Shown here piece after piece: positions 54,905 through 62,920 of a stretch of 64,000 nucleotides of DNA. The stretch's first letter is position 1. Each line of letters begins with the position of its first letter. A program made the position numbers and the translations under genes. The notes under the pieces were generated by a model. The model did not search any database. It worked only from the letters and a program-made list of their open reading frames with translations, and had not been told where the DNA came from. The stretch spans positions 6,762-70,761 of the forward strand of contig CAZYUJ010000008.1 of assembly GCA_964650705.1 (NCBI GenBank), read 5' to 3'. The DNA is from an uncultured Oscillospiraceae bacterium (GTDB taxonomy: Bacteria; Bacillota; Clostridia; Oscillospirales; Ruminococcaceae).

Positions 54905-57151
54905 ATGATGAGAAACGTAATTGGTTATAACTCAGGTTGGCTGTTCTCCAAGGCGGCAAATGAAGTTCCCTCGGTGCTTCCCTGTGACTGGGAATCCGTT
55001 GATCTTCCTCACACATGGAATGCTACTGACGGACAGGACGGCGGCAACGACTATCACAGAGGAACCTGCTACTATGCAAAGACATTGAAGCGTGACGAGC
55101 TTCCCTCAGACGGAAGATATTATTTGGAGATCAGAGGCGCAAACTCTTCTGCTGACGTTTATTTGAACGGCGAGAACCTTATGCACCACGACGGCGGTTA
55201 CTCAACCTGGAGAGTTGACCTTACAGATCACTTGAAGGATGAAAACCTTTTGGTTATCGCTGTTGACAACTCACCTAATGACAGAGTCTATCCTCAGGTT
55301 GCTGATTTTACGTTCTATGGCGGACTTTACAGAAACGTAAGCATCATTTGTGTTAATGATACTCACTTTGACCTTGATTATTACGGAGGCCCGGGCATTA
55401 AGGTCACTCCCGTTATAGACGGCGACTCGGCTGACGTTGAGATCGAAGTATTCGTAACCAACCCGAAGGACGGCGTTAGCGTTAAGTATACCGTTTGCGA
55501 CAAGGAAGGAAACGAGATCGCTAAGGTCAACAGCGCCGAGACAAAGACTGTCATTCACATCGACAACGTTCACCTTTGGCACGGAAGAAAGGATCCTTAT
55601 CTTTATACAGCAAAGGCTGAGCTTTTGGACGGCGAGACCGTTATCGACAACGTGAGCACGAGATTCGGTTGCAGAACGTATAAGATCGACCCTGAAAACG
55701 GATTCATCCTTAACGGTGAAGAATATCCCTTGCGCGGCGTATCTCGCCATCAGGACAGATGGGGTGTTGGTAACGCTTTGTTGCCTGAGCATCACGAAGA
55801 GGATATTGATCTTATTATGGAGGTTGGCGCAACAACGATTCGTTTGGCTCACTATCAGCACGATCAGTATTTCTATGATCTTTGTGACGAAAAGGGTCTT
55901 GTTATTTGGGCAGAGATTCCTTATATCTCTCAGCATATGCCCACAGGCCGTGAAAACACCATCTCTCAGATGAAGGAGCTTATCACTCAGAACTATAACC
56001 ACGCTTGTATCGTTGTCTGGGGTCTTTCCAATGAGATCACCATGAAGGGCGACAAAGATCCTGACCTTTTGGAGAACCACAGAATCTTGAACGACTTGGT
56101 TCATGAGATGGACAAGACAAGACTTACCACCATCGCCGCAGTTTCCCCCTGCCCTATCGACAGCCCTTATATTCAGATCCCTGACGTTGTATCTTATAAC
56201 CACTATTTCGGCTGGTATGGCGGCGAGACTGATATGAACGGTCCTTGGTTTGATAAGTTCCACGCAACTCATCCCAATATCCCGATCGGATGCTCCGAAT
56301 ATGGCTGTGAAGCTTTGAATTGGCACACCTCTAACCCGATGCAGGGTGACTATACCGAAGAATATCAGGCATATTACCACGAAGAGCTCATCAAGCAGCT
56401 CTTTACAAGAAAATATATGTGGGCAACACACGTTTGGAATATGTTCGACTTCGGCGCTGATGCAAGAAGCGAAGGCGGCGAAAACGGCCAGAACCACAAG
56501 GGTCTTGTGACCATGGACAGAAAGTATAAGAAGGACTCCTTCTATGCTTATAAGGCTTGGCTTTCTGACGAGAAGTTCGTTCACATCACCTCAAAGAGAT
56601 ATATCGACAGAGTTGAAGACGTGACAAAGGTTACTGTATATTCCAATATGCCTGAGGTTGAGCTCTTCGCAAACGGCGTTAGTCTCGGAAAGAAGGCTGC
56701 TGACGATCACTTCTTCTATTTCGATGTTCCCAACGTTGGTGAGACAAAGCTTGAGGCTGTTGCAGGCGAATATAGAGACGAAAGCGTTATCAGAAAGGTT
56801 GATACCTTCAACGAAGAATATAGACTCGTTGAAAAGAACGCTATCATCAACTGGTTTGAGATCGACATGCCGGAGGGTTATTTCTCCATAAACGACAAGA
56901 TGGGCGACATCATGAAAACTGTCAGAGGCAAGCTTATCTTTGCAAACATCCTTGCGAAGAAGATGCCGAAGAATAAGAAGGCTGCCGGCTTTGATGTGAG
57001 TGAGATGGGCGATTCTATGATGTCTATGCTCGGAAGCTTTACCGTTTTGCGCTTGACAGGTATGATGTCGATGGCTGACATTAATTTCACCAAGGAAGAG
57101 CTTTTGCATTTAAACAAGCAGCTCAACAAGATCAAGAAACCCAAGAAATAA
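54905..57151 (+). CDS. Glycoside hydrolase family 2 (beta-galactosidase/beta-glucuronidase-like)
   Basis: 748 aa from the ATG at 54905 (AAGGAG upstream). Has a GH2 sugar-binding N-domain, an acid/base context WGLSNEI, a nucleophile context GCSEYGCEA and an extra C-terminal domain. Confidence 0.88.
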   Translation: MMRNVIGYNSGWLFSKAANEVPSVLPCDWESVDLPHTWNATDGQDGGNDYHRGTCYYAKTLKRDELPSDGRYYLEIRGANSSADVYLNGENLMHHDGGYSTWRVDLTDHLKDENLLVIAVDNSPNDRVYPQVADFTFYGGLYRNVSIICVNDTHFDLDYYGGPGIKVTPVIDGDSADVEIEVFVTNPKDGVSVKYTVCDKEGNEIAKVNSAETKTVIHIDNVHLWHGRKDPYLYTAKAELLDGETVIDNVSTRFGCRTYKIDPENGFILNGEEYPLRGVSRHQDRWGVGNALLPEHHEEDIDLIMEVGATTIRLAHYQHDQYFYDLCDEKGLVIWAEIPYISQHMPTGRENTISQMKELITQNYNHACIVVWGLSNEITMKGDKDPDLLENHRILNDLVHEMDKTRLTTIAAVSPCPIDSPYIQIPDVVSYNHYFGWYGGETDMNGPWFDKFHATHPNIPIGCSEYGCEALNWHTSNPMQGDYTEEYQAYYHEELIKQLFTRKYMWATHVWNMFDFGADARSEGGENGQNHKGLVTMDRKYKKDSFYAYKAWLSDEKFVHITSKRYIDRVEDVTKVTVYSNMPEVELFANGVSLGKKAADDHFFYFDVPNVGETKLEAVAGEYRDESVIRKVDTFNEEYRLVEKNAIINWFEIDMPEGYFSINDKMGDIMKTVRGKLIFANILAKKMPKNKKAAGFDVSEMGDSMMSMLGSFTVLRLTGMMSMADINFTKEELLHLNKQLNKIKKPKK

Positions 57152-57162
57152 GAAATAATAAA

Positions 57163-57190
57163 ACCCTGCTGAGGATTTCCTCAGCAGGGT
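57163..57190. terminator. Bidirectional terminator between GH2 and the convergent ECF-S gene
   Basis: ACCCTGCTGAGG-ATTT-CCTCAGCAGGGT followed by CGTTTTTTT. Confidence 0.85.
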
Positions 57191-57202
57191 CGTTTTTTTA
57201 TA

Positions 57203-57868
57203 TTACTTTTTCATTAGTGTGCCGAATATTACTGCGCCGACCGCTATAACGGCGAAGACAATGCAGATGATAAGCTTGGTTTTCCAGTCGGTTTTGGATT
57301 CTCGGCGCTCATTTATCAGCGCTGCAAAATATGTTGAAGCGAGCGGCTTTTTCAATCCGAAATATAGGGGAACGGAAACTGCGACAGCGATGACTGCGTT
57401 GACTGATGAGGTCAAGAGGTTGGTTGCGGTCGCTGTCAGCGCAGTTTCAACGGTGTAGCCGAGGATTATCTGAGAGATATAGGTCTTTGCAAGGTAGCAA
57501 ACGATATATACAAGCTGTCCGACGATAGCTGACGTCAGGACGTGAGCAGTTTCGTTCTTCAGGCGCTTCTGTGATTTTGAAAGAATACCGCAAACGAAGC
57601 CCATCGCGAACTTTGAAAGGAATGTGAAGGGGGCGGAGACGATATAGACAGGATCGAACAGATCATAAAGAGCGGCTCCGATTCCTGATGCAAGACCGCC
57701 GTTAAGACCGCCGAACAAAAGACCCGCCAAAAGGCACATGGAGTTGCCGAAGTGGATTCGGGTTATTAAAACGCCGTTCGGGATCTTAATTTGGAGATAG
57801 TTTCCGACATAGCAAAGTGCAGCCATTAAACCGACGGCGATGATTGATTGAAGCTTTTTGTTTTTCAT
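57203..57868 (-). CDS. ECF-transporter S component (substrate unknown)
   Basis: 221 aa with about 6 TM helices, an S-component-like pattern (AVGLMAALCYVG...HFGNSMCLLAGLLFG) and an extra C-terminal TM. Confidence 0.55.
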   Translation of the reverse strand: MKNKKLQSIIAVGLMAALCYVGNYLQIKIPNGVLITRIHFGNSMCLLAGLLFGGLNGGLASGIGAALYDLFDPVYIVSAPFTFLSKFAMGFVCGILSKSQKRLKNETAHVLTSAIVGQLVYIVCYLAKTYISQIILGYTVETALTATATNLLTSSVNAVIAVAVSVPLYFGLKKPLASTYFAALINERRESKTDWKTKLIICIVFAVIAVGAVIFGTLMKK

Positions 57869-58130
57869 GATAATGCCTTCGTTTCTTAGTTTGATAATTG
57901 TATTTTATGACTGCTAACGGCAAAATGCAAATTCAGAAGGTGTAAAGTAAATCGCTTTACATCTGTTTATTATGCATAATTCCCACGGGCGTTTCAACGG
58001 ATTTTAAGCGATAATCAACAATGATTCTATGTGTGATTCAAACATCTTTCAGATCCAGAGCGATAATCTGCATAATAAAGCCAACATATAAGCATGAGAT
58101 ATTGTGCAAATTGCAGATGTTTTAATAGGA

Positions 58131-58200
58131 TTAAGATTGACTTAAGAACATTAAGATTTGTTAAGAATTGTTGAAGTTTAAAGAAACGGGGTGATATAAT
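58131..58200 (+). promoter_or_regulatory. Phased TTAAGA direct repeats plus an extended -10 promoter upstream of the VanY-like gene
   Basis: TTAAGA occurs at 58131, 58142, 58151 and 58161, and TTGAAG (the -35) at 58171. TGATATAAT ends at 58200. Confidence 0.5.
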
Positions 58201-58230
58201 GCGTGGTAGTTAAGTGTTGAGGTGAAGGAA

Positions 58231-59106
58231 ATGGAATATTTCAATAAATACAGACTTCGAAGAATCGGGCTTTATGTCACCGTTCTTGCAATTGCATTCA
58301 TGGGTATCGGGGCTATGCGATTTATAAAAAACTCGAACGCATTTGGGCTTGACTTCGATCGGAAACCGATAGATCTGAAGAAAACCACGATCGAAACAGT
58401 TTCTGTGAATGTTTCGGATCTGAGCGAAGAAAACGGATATGATATTAATCAGTGCATGATGCTTATTAACGTATCTAATCCCCTGCCCGACGGATATGAG
58501 ATGGAGATATCTGAATATAAGGACACCGGTGTGATGATGAACACCGATATGCTTCAAAGCTATTCACTGCTGTCGCAAGCGGTCAGCGATAACGCAAACG
58601 ATACTCTTTACGTTTCCAGCCATGTCAGAACAAGAGATGAACAGCAGGAGCTTTATGACGAAGATCCCGAAACTGCGACAAAGCCGGGCTGCAGCGAGCA
58701 CGAAACCGGACTTGCGCTTGATGTTTACGTTATGTATCATGCAGGAGAAGGATTCTTAAACTGTGATGCAGGAAAGTTCGTTAATACACATTGCCACGAA
58801 TATGGATTTATCATAAGATATCCGCACTATGGTGTCAAGGAAACAGGAATAAAATTCGAGCCGTGGCATATAAGATATGTAGGATCTCCTCATTCCGAGA
58901 TCATATATAACAACGAATTGACACTTGAAGAGTACATATTCTCGCTAAAGGAGAATATGTTTTATGAGACCGGCGGATATATTATTTCGCGACAGAAACC
59001 CGTTGACGGCAAAATCGAGATCCCGCTTGAATACGAAAGTCTGACTATTAGCCCTGATAACACAGGGTGTTATATTATAACGGCTAAGATTTCAGATGAT
59101 ACATAA
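58231..59106 (+). CDS. M15B (VanY-type) D-alanyl-D-alanine carboxypeptidase, membrane-anchored
   Basis: 291 aa from the ATG at 58231, with an N-terminal TM and the motifs SSHVRTRDEQ, SEHETGLALDV and EPWHIRYVG. Confidence 0.88.
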   Translation: MEYFNKYRLRRIGLYVTVLAIAFMGIGAMRFIKNSNAFGLDFDRKPIDLKKTTIETVSVNVSDLSEENGYDINQCMMLINVSNPLPDGYEMEISEYKDTGVMMNTDMLQSYSLLSQAVSDNANDTLYVSSHVRTRDEQQELYDEDPETATKPGCSEHETGLALDVYVMYHAGEGFLNCDAGKFVNTHCHEYGFIIRYPHYGVKETGIKFEPWHIRYVGSPHSEIIYNNELTLEEYIFSLKENMFYETGGYIISRQKPVDGKIEIPLEYESLTISPDNTGCYIITAKISDDT

Positions 59107-59109
59107 AAA

Positions 59110-59129
59110 ATCCACCCAAACGGGTGGAT
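59110..59129. terminator. Bidirectional terminator between the VanY-like gene and yebC
   Basis: ATCCACCC-AAAC-GGGTGGAT flanked by an A-run and a T-run. Confidence 0.8.
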
Positions 59130-59139
59130 TTTAATTTTA

Positions 59140-59883
59140 TCAGTCTTCTTCAGGCTCTTCGGGAGCATCCCAATTGTGCCAAACCTGTTGAACGTCATCG
59201 TTTTCGTCAAGGTTTTCTAAAAGAAGGTTCATATACTTAAGGTGAGTTTCGTCGGTGAGTGTGGTATAGGTCGAAGGAATCATTGCATCCTCAGCGGATA
59301 CGACCTTGTAGCCCATTGTGCCCAAAGCCTCTGCGACCTTGAAGACGTCATTAGGCTCGGTGGAGACTTCGATAACTTCGTCTTCGATGTTGAAGTCTTC
59401 AGCTCCTGCTTCGAAGCAGTCTTCCATGATCTTATCCTCATCCTGACCGTCGAACTCGAGAGCGATGACACCTTTTCTTGTAAACATGAACGATACGCAA
59501 CCGGTCGTTCCCATGTTTCCGCCGAACTTATCGAAATAGTGTCTTACGTCGCCTGCGGTACGGTTCTTGTTATCTGTCAAGCATTCAACGATAACAGCAA
59601 CACCGCCGGGGCCATAGCCTTCATATACCATGGTTTCATAGTTGTTCTTGTCACCGTCGCCAGATGCCTTTTTGATAACACGGTCGATGTTGTCGTTGGG
59701 AACGTTGTTAGCCTTCGCCTTTGAGATAAGGTCTCTTAGCTTGGCGTTCGAGGAAGGATCGGGTCCGCCCTCTTTAACGGCAACGGTTATCTCTCTGCCG
59801 ATGCGGGTAAAGATCTTTGCCTTAGCGCCGTCAGCGGCTTCCTTTTTGCGCTTTATGTTGTTCCATTTTGAATGTCCTGACAT
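59140..59883 (-). CDS. yebC: YebC/PmpR-family DNA-binding transcriptional regulator
   Basis: 247 aa with the hallmark N-terminus MSGHSKWNNIKRKK. Confidence 0.95.
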   Translation of the reverse strand: MSGHSKWNNIKRKKEAADGAKAKIFTRIGREITVAVKEGGPDPSSNAKLRDLISKAKANNVPNDNIDRVIKKASGDGDKNNYETMVYEGYGPGGVAVIVECLTDNKNRTAGDVRHYFDKFGGNMGTTGCVSFMFTRKGVIALEFDGQDEDKIMEDCFEAGAEDFNIEDEVIEVSTEPNDVFKVAEALGTMGYKVVSAEDAMIPSTYTTLTDETHLKYMNLLLENLDENDDVQQVWHNWDAPEEPEED

Positions 59884-59931
59884 ATTGTGTGACCATTCCT
59901 TTCAGTCATATAAGTCTATATAATTATAACT

Positions 59932-60279
59932 CTATTTATAGTTGATTTCAACTGTTTCCCAGATTTTTTCGAAGAGGAAGTCGATACGCTCTGTCTCGCC
60001 TATAAGATAGAGCCAGCCGAAAAGGCACTCCAGCGAAGTTGCACGTCTGTATACCGAAACGACAGCGTGCCTCGGCGGAGTTATTCCGCTTGAGTTTCTT
60101 CCGCGGCGCATGATATCAAGCTCATCTTCATTCAAAAGAGGGGTGATAACTTCGACAGCGTCGGACTGGAATTCACAGCAAACGAGCTTTACTGCAAGGC
60201 TGTGGAGCTTGCCTGCGGGCATGTTTGCGCCCAATACAAGATGATGCCGCACGAGCTGTTCGTATACTGAGTCGCCCAA
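59932..60279 (-). CDS. mrnC: Mini-ribonuclease 3 (Mini-III, MrnC); N-terminus probably extends upstream of the listed TTG
   Basis: Contains (LALAF)LGDSVYEQLVRHHL and RRGRNS...TSLECLFGWLYL, as in B. subtilis MrnC. The conserved in-frame residues QYSPLALAF lie upstream of 60279, where no ATG, GTG or TTG exists. Confidence 0.8.
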   Translation of the reverse strand: MGDSVYEQLVRHHLVLGANMPAGKLHSLAVKLVCCEFQSDAVEVITPLLNEDELDIMRRGRNSSGITPPRHAVVSVYRRATSLECLFGWLYLIGETERIDFLFEKIWETVEINYK

Positions 60280-60356
60280 AAAAGCAAGTGCAAGCGGGCT
60301 GTACTGATTTGCTGTTCGTTTATCAACAGGCTTTAACGTAAGCTCATCCCCTTTTG

Positions 60357-61631
60357 TTATCTGACATAGTCAAACTCGAAATCGCAGACAGAAACGGTAT
60401 CGCCGTCCTGAATCCCCATGTTCTCGAGCTCGTCGATGATTCCGCTTGATTTTAAGACAAGCTGGAAGTGCTGAAGCGACTCATAGTCGTCCATATTCGC
60501 CATGCGTAAAACGCCTTCCATCCACTCGGCATCGACAAAGTAGATACCGTCTTCATAGGTGATCTTGAAGGGACGCTCAGTCTCGACCTCGATAGTATCC
60601 CAAGTGGGAACAGGATCGGGTTCGAACACACGAAGAGGCGGAAGCTTTTTAAGCTCATTCGAGGTGAAGTTTACAAGCTCTTTTGTACCTACGGTCGTTG
60701 CAGCGGAGATCTCGAAGCAGGTCAGACCCTTGGACTCAATATATTCCTTGAAGCGTGCAACGTCTTCCGCGGATGCCATATCCGACTTGTTTGCTGCAAC
60801 GATCTGTGGAGCATTTGCGAGGTCATCAGAGAAATTGCGGAGCTCTTTATTGATTATTTCAAAATCTTCGATGGGGTCTCTTCCCTCACAACCTGAAACG
60901 TCGACGACGTGGATTATCAAGCGGCAACGCTCAACGTGGCGCAAAAATTCGTGACCAAGGCCGATGCCGTCGCTTGCGCCCTCGATAAGTCCGGGGATAT
61001 CAGCCATAACGAAGGAGTTACCTTCGGATATCTTAACGACGCCCAAAACGGGGGTCAGCGTTGTGAAGTGATAGTTTGCGATCTTGGGCTTTGCGGCGGA
61101 TACGACCGAGATAAGGGTCGATTTTCCTACATTGGGGAAGCCGACAAGTCCTACGTCTGCAAGAAGCTTGAGCTCAAGCTTGAGCTCGAACTTTTGGCCC
61201 TTGAAGCCGGGCTTTGCAAAACGGGGGATCTGACGGGTCGGGGTTGCGAAATGGGCATTTCCCCTTCCGCCCTTGCCGCCCTTGGCGATTATTACAGGCT
61301 CATCGCCCGACATATCGGCAAGGATCCTTCCTGTGTCCTTTTCGCGGACAACAGTACCGCGAGGGACTTTTATGACAAGGTCGGGCGCACCTTTGCCGAA
61401 GCTGTTTTTTGAGCCGCCGTCAGCGCCTCGCTGTGCGGAGAACTTGCGCTTATAGCGGAAATCAATAAGTGTCGAGCAGTTATCGTCGACCAAAAAGACG
61501 ATATCGCCGCCTTTTCCGCCGTCACCGCCATCAGGTCCGCCTGCGGCTACATATTTTTCTCTGTGGAAAGAGACACAGCCATCGCCGCCGTCTCCTGCCT
61601 CAACAGTTATGAATACTTCATCGACAAACAT
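60357..61631 (-). CDS. obg: GTPase Obg/CgtA
   Basis: 424 aa with a Gly-rich Obg fold (GGDGGDGGKGG), G-domain motifs (GFPNVGKST, DIPGLIEGA, NKSD) and a C-terminal TGS-like OCT domain. Confidence 0.97.
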   Translation of the reverse strand: MFVDEVFITVEAGDGGDGCVSFHREKYVAAGGPDGGDGGKGGDIVFLVDDNCSTLIDFRYKRKFSAQRGADGGSKNSFGKGAPDLVIKVPRGTVVREKDTGRILADMSGDEPVIIAKGGKGGRGNAHFATPTRQIPRFAKPGFKGQKFELKLELKLLADVGLVGFPNVGKSTLISVVSAAKPKIANYHFTTLTPVLGVVKISEGNSFVMADIPGLIEGASDGIGLGHEFLRHVERCRLIIHVVDVSGCEGRDPIEDFEIINKELRNFSDDLANAPQIVAANKSDMASAEDVARFKEYIESKGLTCFEISAATTVGTKELVNFTSNELKKLPPLRVFEPDPVPTWDTIEVETERPFKITYEDGIYFVDAEWMEGVLRMANMDDYESLQHFQLVLKSSGIIDELENMGIQDGDTVSVCDFEFDYVR

Positions 61632-61664
61632 GTTGCACCCTCCTTAATTTTCTTGATTCAATGG

Positions 61665-61697
61665 AAAACCCAAGCTTTTTGTGTCAAGCTTGGGTTT
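61665..61697 (-). terminator. Terminator after rpmA
   Basis: AAAACCCAAGCTT-N8-AAGCTTGGGTTTT. Confidence 0.8.
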
Positions 61698-61709
61698 TAA
61701 GCCTAATTG

Positions 61710-61991
61710 TTATTCTGCGGGATATACGCTTACTTTCTTTCTGTCGCGGCCAAGTCTTTCAAATCTTACTACGCCGTCAACCTTTGCGTATAAAGTATCA
61801 TCAGAACCGATACCTACGTTCACACCGGGGTGAATGTGTGTACCTCTCTGGCGGTAAAGAATGTTACCTGCCAAAACTGCCTGTCCGTCTGCTCTCTTAG
61901 CGCCGAGTCTCTTGGATTCAGAGTCACGACCGTTCTTGGTAGAACTTACACCCTTCTTATGAGCGAAGAACTGCATACTGATTCTTAACAT
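61710..61991 (-). CDS. rpmA: 50S ribosomal protein L27 with a Firmicute-type cleavable N-terminal extension
   Basis: 93 aa. MLRISMQFF precedes the mature [15 protein letters not shown] sequence. Confidence 0.97.
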   Translation of the reverse strand: MLRISMQFFAHKKGVSSTKNGRDSESKRLGAKRADGQAVLAGNILYRQRGTHIHPGVNVGIGSDDTLYAKVDGVVRFERLGRDRKKVSVYPAE

Positions 61992-61994
61992 TTA

Positions 61995-62309
61995 TTACAC
62001 CTCCGAAATAGTTACTTTTATTGTGTTTGGATAATCCTCCGAAAGAAGCTGCAAATGGAACTTTAAGCCTTCGAGCATATCTTCTGCTTCCGAGGATTCC
62101 TCTAAAAGTCCGCACCTGATCTCGTTGTCAAACGCTTTTACGTCAGCCTTGACCTTTAAAATCTCGGTAACGGTGTTCGCAGTCATCATTACGCTTGACG
62201 AGACACTCGCACAAACGATGTCCTTGCCAAACAATGCATATCCTGCGTGGCCTTTGATGGCAAAGCCCTTAACCCTGCCGTTGGTTGTTAAAAACTGAGC
62301 GTCAATCAT
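61995..62309 (-). CDS. prp: Ribosomal-processing cysteine protease Prp (YsxB)
   Basis: 104 aa lying between rplU and rpmA, with the motifs GHAGY and DIVCASVS. Confidence 0.9.
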   Translation of the reverse strand: MIDAQFLTTNGRVKGFAIKGHAGYALFGKDIVCASVSSSVMMTANTVTEILKVKADVKAFDNEIRCGLLEESSEAEDMLEGLKFHLQLLSEDYPNTIKVTISEV

Positions 62310-62623
62310 TATGCCTTGATAGCTTCAATTCTTACCTGTGTGTAGGGCTGTCTGTGACCCTGCTTCTTGTGAGAAGAACCCTTCTTGGGCTTGTAGGTAA
62401 ATACAGTGATTTTCTTAGCCTTACCGTTCTTAAGAACTGTAGCATCAACGGTAGCACCTGCAACATAGGGAGCACCTACGGTGGTGGATTCGCCGTTAGA
62501 AACAACGATGACCTTATCGAAGGTTACGTTTTCTTCAGCTTCAACGGGGAGCTTTTCGATGAAGAGGATATCGCCCTCTTTAACCTGATACTGCTTTCCG
62601 CCTGTTTCAATTACTGCGTACAT
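62309..62623 (-). CDS. rplU: 50S ribosomal protein L21
   Basis: 104 aa from the ATG at 62623, beginning [18 protein letters not shown]. Confidence 0.96.
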   Translation of the reverse strand: MYAVIETGGKQYQVKEGDILFIEKLPVEAEENVTFDKVIVVSNGESTTVGAPYVAGATVDATVLKNGKAKKITVFTYKPKKGSSHKKQGHRQPYTQVRIEAIKA

Positions 62624-62744
62624 TATAAGTTGGCACCTGCCTTTACTATAAAACTCGCTACGTTTCGGCACGGTTTTTCACCGATTTTCGGGAGCCGAGC
62701 ATATGCGGCTTGAGTATTGTACCATATTAAATATATGGGTGCAA
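62624..62744 (-). promoter_or_regulatory. rplU promoter (TTGCAC-N17-TACAAT) and a structured ~90-nt leader (possible L21-leader-type autoregulatory RNA)
   Basis: On the minus strand, -35 is at 62739-62744 and -10 at 62716-62721. The leader holds the hairpins AGCCG-N8-CGGCT and CGGT-GAAAAA-ACCG. The L21-leader assignment is not verified. Confidence 0.4.
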
Positions 62745-62780
62745 GGATATTTCGAAAAATTCACAAAAAGTTTACAAAGT

Positions 62781-62920
62781 CAGCGAGGCGTGAAGCGCCG
62801 CGCACGGAGTGCTGTGGCGTTTCGTGCCGAGCGGTGGTTGGTCGGTTGCTTCTGAGCCGACGTCCGGCGCTGCGGCTCTTGCGGCGGAGCTGCAGGAGTC
62901 AGCGGCGGGTGGAGGCGGTC
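62781..62920 (+). repeat. GC-rich G-skewed intergenic element, copy R9 (double-length)
   Basis: Abuts the clpC-like stop codon (62919-62921). The first half is homologous to R2. The second half carries GCGGCGGAGCTGCAGGAGTCAGCGGCGGG, related to R1/R4/R5 words. Confidence 0.7.

Noticed and set aside
55271-56584. 437-aa ORF on the minus strand
   Set aside because: It is antisense to the well-supported GH2 gene and has no RBS or motifs, so it is a shadow ORF.
57869-58100. Possible riboswitch (TPP, preQ1, purine or ZTP) upstream of the ECF S-component gene
   Set aside because: A CUGGAUCUGA-like string superficially recalls the TPP motif, but the other conserved TPP blocks (CUGAGA, ACCUGAUCUGGAUAAUGCCAGCG) are absent. 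No other aptamer consensus fits. It is left unassigned.
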